A stretch of DNA of 64,000 nt from an uncultured bacterium (GTDB lineage Bacteria > B130-G9): NCBI GenBank assembly GCA_965372715.1, contig CBDVDH010000005.1:1-64000 (forward strand). The letters are read 5' to 3'. A model generated the notes under the pieces. It saw nothing but the letters and a program-made list of their open reading frames with translations, was not told the DNA's origin and ran no database searches. Within the stretch, counting starts at the first letter, position 1. Each line of letters begins with the position of its first letter. A program made the position numbers and the translations under genes. This document shows, in pieces, positions 30,609 through 41,000 of this stretch.

Positions 30609-31130
30609 CTAAAAAAGGACGTCCTCAGGCTCGTAATACTCTTTAGGATGCTTGCAGCATGGGCATTTCGGTGGCGGCTCGGTCCCGTTGTACACAAAGC
30701 CGCACACACTGCACTTCCAGTTGACCGGCTCGTCCCGCTTGTACAGCGTCCCGTCCTCAAGCATCGAAAGCAGCCTCTTGTACCTGTCCCTGTGATGCTT
30801 CTCAATCTTCGTTATCTGCCGGAAGAGATTGGCCGCCGCCATATTCGCTTCATCTTCCGCCTCTTTGGCGAATGTGGGATACATCTCGGTCGTCTCATAA
30901 TGCTCTCCCTCGATCGCCTCTTTCAGATTCGACGCCGTGTCGCCTATCCCATTTAAGAGCCTGAATTCGTCCTTGGCGTGTTGCCTCTCATTCTCTGCGG
31001 CCTGCTCAAAGACCTTCGCAACGTAATGGTATCCCTCTTTTCTCGCCACCTCAGCGAAATAGGTATATTTGTTCCTTGCCTGCGATTCGCCAGCAAAGGC
31101 GGCCTTTAGGTTCTCTTCTGTCTTTCCCAT
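30609..31130 (-). CDS. rbr: Rubrerythrin
   Basis: NLKAAFAGESQARNKY, NERQHA, C-terminal WKCSVCG...CPCC. Confidence 0.93.
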   Translation of the reverse strand: MGKTEENLKAAFAGESQARNKYTYFAEVARKEGYHYVAKVFEQAAENERQHAKDEFRLLNGIGDTASNLKEAIEGEHYETTEMYPTFAKEAEDEANMAAANLFRQITKIEKHHRDRYKRLLSMLEDGTLYKRDEPVNWKCSVCGFVYNGTEPPPKCPCCKHPKEYYEPEDVLF

Positions 31131-31186
31131 TTTGATTCTCCCAGTTAGTTCATCTCAAGTTTTGGATTCTGAGTTTTACGCCCTTG

Positions 31187-31205
31187 TAATAGGAACAATT
31201 ATCAT
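31187..31205. promoter_or_regulatory. Possible Fur/PerR-type box upstream of rubrerythrin
   Basis: AT-rich TAATAGGAACAATTATCAT resembling a GATAAT-based box. Confidence 0.35.
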
Positions 31206-31250
31206 ATACGAATAGCTCTCAGTTATCTCCGCCACATGAAACCAACACCA

Positions 31251-31826
31251 TCAAGCGCCGATTTTCTTTAGCAGCCAGGCCATGTTCTGACCGAGGGTCT
31301 TCATCGTCTTCACTCCTTCCTCGTCTTGATGAACGTCGCCGATGTTACGGCCGATGCCGAAATTCCAGTAGATCGAGCCCGGCACGATCATCTGACCGAC
31401 CAAGAAAAAGTGGTTAAGCGTGTCAAATGTGTGAATCTGGCCGCCTCTCCGGACCGCCACGACGGCCGCGCCCACTTTGCGCTTCAGCAGGCTGCCGTTC
31501 GCTCTCGTGACGAACCCTGCCCTGTCGATGAGCGCCTTCATCTCAGCCGTTACGTCAGTGAAGTAGGTGGGCGAACCCAGGATTATGCCGTCAGCCTCAA
31601 TCATCTTCTCGATGCATTGGTTGACAACGTCATCCTCAACGGCGCAGCGCCTGTTCTTCTTCCTGTAGCACTCGTAGCACGCGGTGCAGCCGCGCAGCCT
31701 CTTGCCCGCTAGCTGCACCATCTCCGTCTCGATGCCTTCCTTCTTCAGCTCCTCAAAGACGTAGTTGATCAAGAGCGCCGTATTTCCGTCCTTTCTCGGA
31801 CTTCCGTTGAATGCGACAACCTTCAT
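31251..31826 (-). CDS. Iron-sulfur flavoprotein / NADPH-dependent FMN reductase family
   Basis: NGSPRKDGNT, CTACYEC-x7-C, GSPTYF, KALIDR. Confidence 0.9.
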   Translation of the reverse strand: MKVVAFNGSPRKDGNTALLINYVFEELKKEGIETEMVQLAGKRLRGCTACYECYRKKNRRCAVEDDVVNQCIEKMIEADGIILGSPTYFTDVTAEMKALIDRAGFVTRANGSLLKRKVGAAVVAVRRGGQIHTFDTLNHFFLVGQMIVPGSIYWNFGIGRNIGDVHQDEEGVKTMKTLGQNMAWLLKKIGA

Positions 31827-31953
31827 GCTATTCCTCCCTGTTAAGTTCAAGTGCAGAACCAGTATCCAAGTCCGGAAGCGATCCTAACTCCTGAGCTTGG
31901 TGAACGCAACTGCGTCTAGTCCGTATTACTCATAAACTCGCGATGCCATGAGG

Positions 31954-32080
31954 TGTGGGGCGGGCTTTCCAGCCTGCCTTTTGTAGCGATTGCCGCATTC
32001 CTGGGACGCGACACTCTGTCACGCGAGACCCTGTCACGCGAGACCCTGTCACGCGAGACCCTGTCTTTGGCAGGCTGGAA
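31954..32080. repeat. REP-like element with internal 15-bp tandem repeats (CTGTCACGCGAGACC), interrupted by IS1182
   Basis: Reverse-complement homolog of the intact element at 59399-59506; remainder AGCCTCCCCCAC lies after the IS. Confidence 0.85.
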
Positions 32081-33904
32081 GAGGCTGTCCCATAAGTCTC
32101 GGGGTTGCTTGCGATATTCTTAGTGGGTTGGTATTAGTTTAGTGGGTTGTTGCTTAATATGCCAATGTTCTGCATTAGTGAATTATATTGAACATAGTAT
32201 CGCTTAGTATAGGAGATGCTATCGTGCCAAAAAGAGATTATCGCTCTTCGCAAAGCCAGATGTTTGGCTATCAGGCCAAAGACCGCCTGCCTGAAGGTCA
32301 TATCTGCTTTTTGATCGACGAGGTTGTCGAGGACCTGGAGTTGGGTCCCGCCGCCAGAGGTAACACTGTGCTAGGAGCGCCGGTTTACGACCCTCGGATG
32401 ATGCTGAAAGTGCTATTCTACGGCTATGTTCGAGGCATCCGTAGCAGTCGGAAGCTTGCTGCGGAATGTCGCGAGAACATCGGGTTTATGCATTTGTGCC
32501 GAGGCCAGGCGTCGGATTTCAGGACCATCGCGCGTTTTCGGTCAGAGAACGATGAGCTGTTGGCATCAGCATTCTCGGAGTTGATTCGCCGGTTGGTTGA
32601 TGCAGGAGTTGTAAGCGGCTCTCATGTGATAGTTGACGGGATTCGCCGTACGGCGAAAGCGAACGCTAGTAACAGCAAGACAATTCATCCGAAGTTCTTT
32701 GATGAGGTTAGGAAGGCGGTTGACGAGTGGATGAGCGCTTCGGTTTCGTTGGACAAAGAGGAGGAAGTTCGTGAGAAGTTGTCTTCGGTGGGGATTGGGA
32801 CGAGTGGGAAGTCGCGTGGGATTGATAGCCTTCAGCGTTTGGTAGATAAGTGCCGTAAAGCGGTGGAAGAGGCTGAAACTGTCGATGCTAAGAAGGTCTC
32901 TTTGACCGACCCTGACAGTCGCTTCATGAGGGATGGCGCAACGGGTAAGATTGGGCTTTCTTATAACGTTCAGGCGGCTGTGGATGCGGAAAGTGGGATA
33001 ATGGTGGCGTGCGATGTGACTAAAGATGCAGTCGATAACAACAGCCTTTGTCGCTTGGTTCACAAGACAGAGGAGACCACTTGCCAGGTGGTCGAGGCGG
33101 TTGACGGGGATTGCGGTTATTTTAATGCGGCGCAGATTGGGCGGCTTGAGGGTTTGGGCAAGGATGTTTGCGTTGCGGATAGCGAGACGGTCTCGGCGAT
33201 GCGTAAGGGTCGGCTGTCGGAGTTCATACACGGTGAGAGATTTGATTACGATGCTGGGCGGGACGTTTTCGCGTGTCGTTTTGGGAACGAGCACGTTTTC
33301 AAGCGTGTTGGTGCACGAAAAGATGGCCGAGTTTTTCGGGTCTATGAGGCGGTGAGGCCGTGTGACGGCTGCCCGGGTCGACAGGAGTGCCTCGGTCAGT
33401 CACGGCACAGGTTCCACAAATTGGAGCGGACGCTTGAGCATCCTTGGCTTCACAAGTATCGGGAGCGTTTCCTTCAGTCGAGGTATCAGGACCGTCTTCG
33501 GGGTCGGAAGTTAATCGAGCATAATTTTGGACATTTGAAGCATAATCTTGGTTTGAGAAGATTCAACCTTAGAGGTCTTTCGGGAGCGAGGATCGAGGCG
33601 TTCCTTGCGGCGTTCGCCTCGGTGCTGAGGCGGGTTTGCAACATCTTATCCCGGACGGGGCGAAATTGGGGCGGTTTGATGCGAATGCAGGGGGCAGCAG
33701 GGCCAACGGCCGCGTAATGATGCAAACTGGGGAGAATAGGGTAGGTCTGCGCCCGTGCTGGAGACCCAAAACCGTCAATCTATCGAATACGGGAGGCACA
33801 ATTACGCTCGTAGCGAGATAGCGACAGCAAAAGGAACGATCATTTCAAAAAAGTGAATCCCAAATCCATACACCAGAACATCCAACGACTTATGACCCTG
33901 CCTC
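32081..33904 (+). mobile_element. IS1182-family insertion sequence with 18-bp imperfect IRs and 4-bp target duplication GGAA
   Basis: Left GAGGCTGTCCCATAAGTC; right GACTTATGACCCTGCCTC; GGAA at 32077-32080 and 33905-33908. Confidence 0.9.
32224..33717 (+). CDS. IS1182-family transposase
   Basis: YDPRMMLKVLFYGY, SSRKL, DFRTIARFR, SLTDPDSRFM, YNVQ, D-x-GY, IEHNFGHLK. Confidence 0.93.
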   Translation: MPKRDYRSSQSQMFGYQAKDRLPEGHICFLIDEVVEDLELGPAARGNTVLGAPVYDPRMMLKVLFYGYVRGIRSSRKLAAECRENIGFMHLCRGQASDFRTIARFRSENDELLASAFSELIRRLVDAGVVSGSHVIVDGIRRTAKANASNSKTIHPKFFDEVRKAVDEWMSASVSLDKEEEVREKLSSVGIGTSGKSRGIDSLQRLVDKCRKAVEEAETVDAKKVSLTDPDSRFMRDGATGKIGLSYNVQAAVDAESGIMVACDVTKDAVDNNSLCRLVHKTEETTCQVVEAVDGDCGYFNAAQIGRLEGLGKDVCVADSETVSAMRKGRLSEFIHGERFDYDAGRDVFACRFGNEHVFKRVGARKDGRVFRVYEAVRPCDGCPGRQECLGQSRHRFHKLERTLEHPWLHKYRERFLQSRYQDRLRGRKLIEHNFGHLKHNLGLRRFNLRGLSGARIEAFLAAFASVLRRVCNILSRTGRNWGGLMRMQGAAGPTAA

Positions 33905-34137
33905 GGAAAGCCTCCCCCACACCGACGAGAGTCATGCCCTTGAATTATTCGGATTAGGTCTCAGGCCCGCTCTGTTCTGCTGTCTGCGCACGAATCGAGG
34001 GCAGGTGCGGCGGCCTGCCTCTACAAGATCGCTATGGCCCGTTCGGATGAGTGCGTTGCGAAGACTTCTGTGACCTGGCAAAAAGCCGTGATTCAAACCA
34101 CTGGTTGCGGTATTGTTACGCTCTCTTACTTGGAGCT

Positions 34138-36123
34138 ATGAAGATGACACAGATAATGACGGAAAGCGCCTCGCCGCGGCCGGTGTCGCTTATACTCGGC
34201 ACAGCGGGGCATATCGATCACGGCAAGACGGAGCTCGTGAAGTCGCTGACCGGCATCAACACCGATCGGCTCAAGGAGGAGCAGGAAAGGGGCATCTCGA
34301 TAGAGCTCGGCTTCGCTTACCTTGACTTGCCTAATGGCCGAAGAATCGGCGTCGTCGATGTTCCAGGGCACGAGCGCTTCATAAAGACCATGGTCGCCGG
34401 CGCCTCGGGAATCGACATCGTCCTATTCGTTATCGCGGCGGACGAGGGTGTAATGCCTCAATCGGTGGAGCATCTGGATGTCTGCCGGTTTCTCGGCGTC
34501 AAGTCGGGCCTGATTGCGCTCACGAAGGCTGACCTCGTCTCGGAGGAGGACGTTGAACTCGCGACGGAGGACGTTCGGGACTTCGTGGAGGGCACTTTCC
34601 TCGAAAGCGCCCCGGTCATACTCACCTCGGCAAAGACGAGGCAGGGTGTTGACTCTCTCGTGGACGAGATTGCTCGCCTGGTGGAGGAGGTTCCAGGACG
34701 CTCGGTGGCTGGGACGTTCAGGATGCCCATTGACCGCTCGTTCACGATTCAAGGCTTTGGGACGGTTGTTACCGGAACCGTCATCTCGGGCCGCGCCTCG
34801 GTCGGCTCGGCGGTCGAAATCTACCCGCACGGGATAACGACCAAGGTCCGAAGGATCGAGACGCACAACACACTCGTTCAGGAGGCGCTCGCGGGGCACA
34901 GGACGGCCATAAACCTGCCGAAGGTCACCAAAACCGAGATCGCCAGAGGCGACGTCCTGAGCGTGCCCAAGAGGTTCCGTGCAGGCTACGTCTTTGACGT
35001 TCATCTTACGCTCAATCGGAGCGAGAAGGCAGAGCTCAAGTCCGGCGCCAGAATAAGGTTCCACGTCGGAACAAAGGAGGCGATGGGACGGGTCTGGCCG
35101 ATCGGTGAAGCAGCATTCAAAGCTGGTTTCGACGGTTTTGCACAGGTCAGACTCGAGGAGGATACTGTGGCCCTATTCTCGGATCGATTCGTTCTCAGAA
35201 CTTATTCTCCCGCTCTAGTCATTGGCGGCGGGTCTGTCCTCGCCGCAAGCAGCAGGCAGCGCTTCAGGCTCAAAGGCGCACTTGCCGAGCAGCTTGTGAT
35301 GATGAAGGATGGCGCCGAGGCGGAGCGAGTTGCGGTCCTCGTGAGAAGCATGTTTCCCAAGCCGCCAGGCCTGAGCGAAATCGCCGCTCAGTTGGGCCTC
35401 CGGGACGATATGGCCAGACCTGCAACCGACGCACTTTGCGACCAGGGCATTCTGTTTCAGCTGTCCAGCACGCCTAAGAGGTTCCTGCACGCGGCCGACG
35501 TTGACCAACTTGAGGATGTGCTGCTTGCGGAGCTCAAGAGGTACCATGAGAGATTCCCGCTCCGCGCCGGGATGCAGGAGCGCGGGCTTGCCAGCAAAGT
35601 GAGGCAACCCGTCCTAAGGGAGTTCTTTGGGGATATTCTCCGACGCGCGCTAGCGTCCGGGAAGGTCATTCAACAGGGGACCCTGCTGAGGCTCGCGTCG
35701 CACTCGTCCAGCCTAACGGACGCGCAAGAGCGGGTCGCCCGAGTGGTTCGGAGCAGGCTCGAAACGGCAGGCACAAATCCCGTCGATGCAGGCTTCATCT
35801 TGAGTGAGGTCCAGGGCAAAGTTCCCGGCTCGAGCGTCGGCGACCTTCGTGAAGTCATCAATTACCTCGTGCAATCGGGGGATGCGGTTAGGGTCTCGCC
35901 GGAGCTTCTGCTGTCGGCGGATGGCATCGGGCGGGTCGCGAGGATGATCGAAGGCTACCTTTCCAGGAACCAAACGATGACTGTCGGAACGGCCAGAGAC
36001 CTCCTCAAGAGTAGCAGACGGTTCGTTGTCCCGATTCTGGAATACCTCGACCGCGTAGGGATCACGCGGCGTGACGGTGACATTCGAGTGCGCGGGGCAT
36101 CCGGACTGGAGGCGCTCGAGTGA
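34138..36123 (+). CDS. selB: Selenocysteine-specific elongation factor
   Basis: [36 protein letters not shown], winged helices ending [13 protein letters not shown]. Confidence 0.96.
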   Translation: MKMTQIMTESASPRPVSLILGTAGHIDHGKTELVKSLTGINTDRLKEEQERGISIELGFAYLDLPNGRRIGVVDVPGHERFIKTMVAGASGIDIVLFVIAADEGVMPQSVEHLDVCRFLGVKSGLIALTKADLVSEEDVELATEDVRDFVEGTFLESAPVILTSAKTRQGVDSLVDEIARLVEEVPGRSVAGTFRMPIDRSFTIQGFGTVVTGTVISGRASVGSAVEIYPHGITTKVRRIETHNTLVQEALAGHRTAINLPKVTKTEIARGDVLSVPKRFRAGYVFDVHLTLNRSEKAELKSGARIRFHVGTKEAMGRVWPIGEAAFKAGFDGFAQVRLEEDTVALFSDRFVLRTYSPALVIGGGSVLAASSRQRFRLKGALAEQLVMMKDGAEAERVAVLVRSMFPKPPGLSEIAAQLGLRDDMARPATDALCDQGILFQLSSTPKRFLHAADVDQLEDVLLAELKRYHERFPLRAGMQERGLASKVRQPVLREFFGDILRRALASGKVIQQGTLLRLASHSSSLTDAQERVARVVRSRLETAGTNPVDAGFILSEVQGKVPGSSVGDLREVINYLVQSGDAVRVSPELLLSADGIGRVARMIEGYLSRNQTMTVGTARDLLKSSRRFVVPILEYLDRVGITRRDGDIRVRGASGLEALE

Positions 36124-36746
36124 TTGACGTTATCACTGCGATCGGGGAGCAGAAAGTCATCAGCGTAATCCGCGTCCTAGACGCAAGGGTTGCGGTTGAG
36201 GCCGCGCATGCCGTCGCGGAAGGTGGGATAGCCATTATTGAGATAGCAGCGAGTGTCCCGCAGTTCGAGAAGGTGATAGAGCAATTGTCGCGACGGCCGG
36301 AGATGCTCGTGGGCGCCGCGACGCTGCTGAACGGCTCTGACGCGCGGGCCGCAATCGAGGCGGGTGCCTCGTTTCTCGTCTCGCCGGTTTTCGTGCCCGA
36401 GGTTCTGGAGATTGCCCGGGACAACCAGATATTCTATCTACCTGGGGCGGCGAGTCCGAGCGAGGCATTTACGCTCCTGCGGATGGGCTTCGAGGTGGTG
36501 AAGGTCTTTCCAGCCTCGCATCTTGGCGGGCCCAAATACATTCGCTCGCTTCTGGCCGTGACGCCGGACGCGAAGCTTGTGCCGACTGGCGGAGTCACGG
36601 CGTCCAACATAGGTGCATACTTGAGCGCGGGCGCCTTCGCAGTCGGCGTGGGAAGCTGGCTTCTGCCGAAGGAGCTGCTCGATGCGCGAGATTACGAGGC
36701 CATATCGCGCCTCGCTTCTGAAGTCGTAACAGCAGGCAAGGTGTAG
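36120..36746 (+). CDS. eda: KDPG/KHG aldolase
   Basis: GASFLVSP, PGA-x-SPSE, KVFPA, PTGGV. Confidence 0.88.
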   Translation: MIDVITAIGEQKVISVIRVLDARVAVEAAHAVAEGGIAIIEIAASVPQFEKVIEQLSRRPEMLVGAATLLNGSDARAAIEAGASFLVSPVFVPEVLEIARDNQIFYLPGAASPSEAFTLLRMGFEVVKVFPASHLGGPKYIRSLLAVTPDAKLVPTGGVTASNIGAYLSAGAFAVGVGSWLLPKELLDARDYEAISRLASEVVTAGKV

Positions 36747-36750
36747 CTGG

Positions 36751-37689
36751 ATGGACGTCGTCTCCTTAGGCGAGTGCATGGTCGAGATGTTCTGCGACGG
36801 CCGGATTAAGGACGCCAGTCTGTTCACGAAGGCGTACGGCGGCGATACGCTGAACACAATCGTCGCTGCCCGAAGGCTCGGCTCAACGGCCGGGTTCATT
36901 ACGAAAGTCGGCATCGACCCATTCGCTGATTTCTTGCTCTCAAACTGGCGCTTGGAGGGGATTGACCTCTCCCAAACGAAGCTGGTTCCGGGTTTCAACG
37001 GCATCTACTTCATCTCGCTAATGGAGAACGGCGAGCGGGAGTTCACGTATTACCGACCTGGCAGCGCGGCGAGCACGCTGTCGCCGGACGATCTTGACCA
37101 CAAGTACATAGCAAGCGCCAAGATATTGCACACGAGCGGTATCACGCAGGCTATCTCAAGCACAGCAAGGGACGCCGCGCTGGCTGCGTTCAAGATAGCG
37201 AGAGGGGCCGGCGTGCTGACCTCATTCGACCCCAACCTGCGCCTCAAGCTGACAACGCTAAAGCAGGCAAGAGAGGACCTGACCGAGATACTGCAATACA
37301 CCGACATTTTCTTGCCGTCGTCCCCCGATGAGACCGAGCCCCTGTTCCCAGGGATGGACCACGAGCAGATAATCGACTATCTTGTCTCAAAGGGCGTCAA
37401 GCACGTCGCAATTAAGTGTGGCGCGGATGGCTGCGTAGTTGCCTCGGGCGGTAAGGTCCACAGACTGGCGCCGAAATCTGAAGTCGAGGTGGTTGATGCA
37501 ACTGGCGCCGGCGACGCATTCAACGGCGGCTTCATTCATGGGCTCGTCCGCGGTCTGTCGGCTTGCGACGCAGCGCGCATCGGCATGGTGATGGCGAGCC
37601 TCAAGCTCGCTGGACGAGGCGCAATCCTCTCGCTTCCCACAAAACAGGACGTGATTGCCGCACTGAACGACGACACCATCCGCTTATGA
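36751..37689 (+). CDS. kdgK: PfkB-family sugar kinase (KdgK-like)
   Basis: GECMVE, GGDTLN, FDPNLR, DATGAGDAFNGG. Confidence 0.82.
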   Translation: MDVVSLGECMVEMFCDGRIKDASLFTKAYGGDTLNTIVAARRLGSTAGFITKVGIDPFADFLLSNWRLEGIDLSQTKLVPGFNGIYFISLMENGEREFTYYRPGSAASTLSPDDLDHKYIASAKILHTSGITQAISSTARDAALAAFKIARGAGVLTSFDPNLRLKLTTLKQAREDLTEILQYTDIFLPSSPDETEPLFPGMDHEQIIDYLVSKGVKHVAIKCGADGCVVASGGKVHRLAPKSEVEVVDATGAGDAFNGGFIHGLVRGLSACDAARIGMVMASLKLAGRGAILSLPTKQDVIAALNDDTIRL

Positions 37690-37698
37690 TCGGATGCA

Positions 37699-37874
37699 TT
37701 TTGGACTGCGGCGGCTTGACGCCGCTTTCATTGGCGGTGGCTTGACACCGCAATACGATCAATCATGCCTCGTCAACAACGCCGACCGTTGTGGTTGCAA
37801 CCGCAGATTGAGCGAAGGCATCGCCGCGTCAAGCCGCGGCAAGCCAAAGCGGTGTCAAGCCACCGCACTCCAAA
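37699..37874. repeat. REP-like element (same family as 18490-18663)
   Basis: TTTTGGACTGCGGCGGCTTGACGCCGCTTT ... AAAGCGGTGTCAAGCCACCGCACTCCAAAA. Confidence 0.8.
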
Positions 37875-37900
37875 ACAGCCACCGGGCGCAACTTGCAGGC

Positions 37901-37966
37901 CACCCGAATGAATTCGGGTGTTAATATAATCAGAACCATCTATAGCACCGCATTAAAATACGGTGA
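37901..37966. repeat. Half copy of the four-hairpin repeat
   Basis: CACCCGAATGAATTCGGGTG...CACCGCATTAAAATACGGTG. Confidence 0.8.
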
Positions 37967-38058
37967 TTCTCGTGCCGTCCGGTCAGGACAGGGGAGGAGG
38001 ATTGAGGTGGGGGATCAGTTCGTAGAGGGGGAGCGGGACTCTCGCTCTCGCACGGTTT

Positions 38059-41000
38059 TCAGGAATCTCTCTTTCTGCTCGGCGTCATGTGCGCGCAATA
38101 CATCTCCAGGTATTCCTCTCCCTCAGCACGCATTTTCTTGGCCTTCGCCTCGTCAACATCAGCATATATCCGAGCAGCGTCATAACATATCCGCCAAAGG
38201 AAATCTAGGTTTCGCTTCTCCTTCGCCAGATCGTATGCTCTGTCGATGTTGGATAGCGCGTTTTCGATGTCTCCACGTCGATAATAGGCCATAGCTTGCA
38301 CGTTTCTTCTCATTATTTCAACTGATGGGAAGCCTCTTTGTTGAAGAAGCGCTAAAGCATGTTCTACTCTACTGTTATCTAATTGAGCCCCTGTACAGAA
38401 AGCAGATTCAAGAATTTCTAATGCTTTTTTGTAATTATCTATCATAGTATCAAAAGCATCTAGTATTGGGCTACGGGAAGAGAGCATTTCTTCCATGCAA
38501 CGCATGAACGTTTTACCTAAACCTATATAATCAAGAGAAAGAAACCTAAATAGATCATTATCATTTTCATTTGCTATCCCTAAAGCTTCTTCACAGTCCT
38601 TTGAACCACCTTTACGATCTAGTTTATTAATTATTGTAACTTGCCCTCTTATGAACAGCATTGTCATTTTATGCTCTAATCTTTCTTTGGTTTCACCATC
38701 TCTTTGAATAGCCCTGTCAACGGCTTCAATACCTTGTGTACAGAACTCTATTGCTTGATCATTCCCATAATCAGAGATAGATAGTTCTCCTGCTTTTCTT
38801 GAATAATCCGCCGCCTTGTCGTGCTCGTTGCTTCTGTAAGCGTGGTATTGCTTCCGGGCAACTACATCCAGCGTGTCTTGCTTGTCTTTCAGCTCCGGGT
38901 CCTGCTCGATAATCCTGACGAGCTTCCCGTGCAGCCGCTTCCTGTCGTTCTCGGAGAGCCTTTTGTAGGCGGTTTCGGTCGTTGTGGCGTGATTGGTCTG
39001 ATAAATGTGCTTGCTCTCGTCGAGCTGGACGATGAGGTTTCTGTCGAGCAGTGGCTGGATAGCAGCTGTGACGAAGTCTTGGAACGCGGCCTCGCTTGGG
39101 CTCGCCTCACCATACGCGCCAACCAGCCTGATCAGCTCATAGAGCCTGAACTCCGGCCCGATGACGGAGCTGGCGTAGATCGCCTGCTTGGCGGCGTCGG
39201 GCAGATTCTCAATGCGAGCGCTGACCAGGTCCTCGACCGTCTGGGGCACGTCGAGCTCGTCGAGGGCCTTCGTGAGACCGAAGCATTCGCCCTCGTCCCG
39301 CAGCTGCCAGGTATCCACCAGGTGGTCTATTATCTGCCTCGCGAAGAAGGGATTTCCGCCCGAGTGGTCGCAGACGAAATCAGCAAGCTCTTTGCCCACC
39401 GGCTTCCCCAAGACCGCCCTCGCGAAGTCCACGAAGTGTCTCCGCTTCATGAAGCCGAGCTCTATCTCTGTGGTGGCTTGAAGCGTCGAGGAGTCGAACT
39501 CCCGCCTGAACGTCGAGGCGAGCATGATGCTCTGCGGGATGTTGCTTGCCAGCTCTCGGATCAGCTCGGCGGAGCGCTCGTCCGCCCAGTGGAGGTCCTC
39601 GAGGACGTAAACCGAGCTCGCGTTAGCCAAAAGAGCACGCTTTGCAGCGTCGAAGACCCGGCGCTTTCTCGCCTCAGGCTCGAAAGAGTCGAGCTCCGTC
39701 GGAAAGCCGAACAGAGCGAGCAGCTCCCGTTCGCAGTCGAGAGCACGTGAGGCACAGAACGCTTGTATTGTATCCGGCATCGTCCCCCGCGCCCCGTCGT
39801 CAAGCCCAACTACCTTGCCCACCAGCTCCTTCGCCAGCGAGAATGGGGCCGAGGTCGTGGATGGGTCTGCCTCGACCTTGAACAGGCGATATTGGGCGAG
39901 GCGCTTGACGCGCTGTTCGAGCTCGTAAAGGAGCCTGGACTTGCCGATGCCCGGCTCGCCGCTGATTGTCAGCACGCAGCCACAGCCGATATTGCCGAGC
40001 GCCTCTTCAATCTGCGCAAGCTCGCGCTCCCTGCCCACCAGCTCCGTCCATGGCCTCGTCTTCAGCCTCGGCCTTTCGTAGCCGGTGACCTCCCTGACGA
40101 GAGCCGTCTCGCCCCTCGCCTTCAGCGTCGCCTTGCCCAGCTTCACGCAGCCGAAGAACCGTGGCACGTCCTTCGCCTCAAGCCGCTTCAGCAGCCGCTC
40201 GGTCGTCCATATCTTGTCCCTCGTCTTTGAGGCGAGGCGGTATGCGCGGATGATCGAATCGCCGATGCCGGTGTATTCGCGCCTCGAGGGGCCGCCGACC
40301 GTTGCGACGAAGCAGCGGCCCGTCTCCACGCCGACGGAGACGTTCAGGCTGGGGCCGCTTGCTCGGTATTCCTTGACGTAGTTCACGATATCGAGGGCCG
40401 TCCGTATCGCCTTCTCCTCGTGATTGTGCAGGTCGTCGGGGAACATTGCCATGAAGTTGCCATAAAACTTGTTCAGAAAGCCCCGATTGCGGGCGATGAT
40501 GCGGGCAATGTCCGTGAATAGCGTGTTGATGCGACCGAACAGGGCCGGATTCTCGACCAGGCTCGTGAAGTCGAAATGGACGTTGGCGAACAGCGTCGTA
40601 ACGTTCTTAAACCTCGGCTCGACGTCGCCTCGTCGCTCCAAAGCGGCGTGTATGAACTCTGGGACGAAGCATCTGAGGTATTCAAGAGGCGGATCCGGGC
40701 GGGGCGCAGCAGCTGGCGGACGCTGCTGGGCAGGCGTTATCGGGCCGAGGTCGGCAATGGCGTAGAACTCGGTCTCGCCAATGCTGATGCAACGAGGCGC
40801 CTCGTTCAGCGCGTCCAGGGTTGACCCGGCGGCCACGATCTGGCCGGGCTTGGCGAGGTTCTCGGCCTGATAGACATCGCGAGAGCCGAGGACGGCGACC
40901 TCCTTTCGCTCCTGGCCGAACGTGGCGGCAAAGAACCGCTCTGTTGAGAGGCCAATGCTTGCCCGAAGCGGGCGGTCCGACTTGCTGAACTCAGAGGCGG

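Noticed and set aside
32010-32065. 15-bp tandem repeats as a CRISPR or iterons
   Set aside because: No spacers; a local slippage expansion inside a REP-like element whose homolog at about 59400 lacks the expansion.
29065-37689. In-frame UGA selenoproteins near selB
   Set aside because: Neighbouring redox genes are complete with Cys codons; no UGA read-through candidate noticed.
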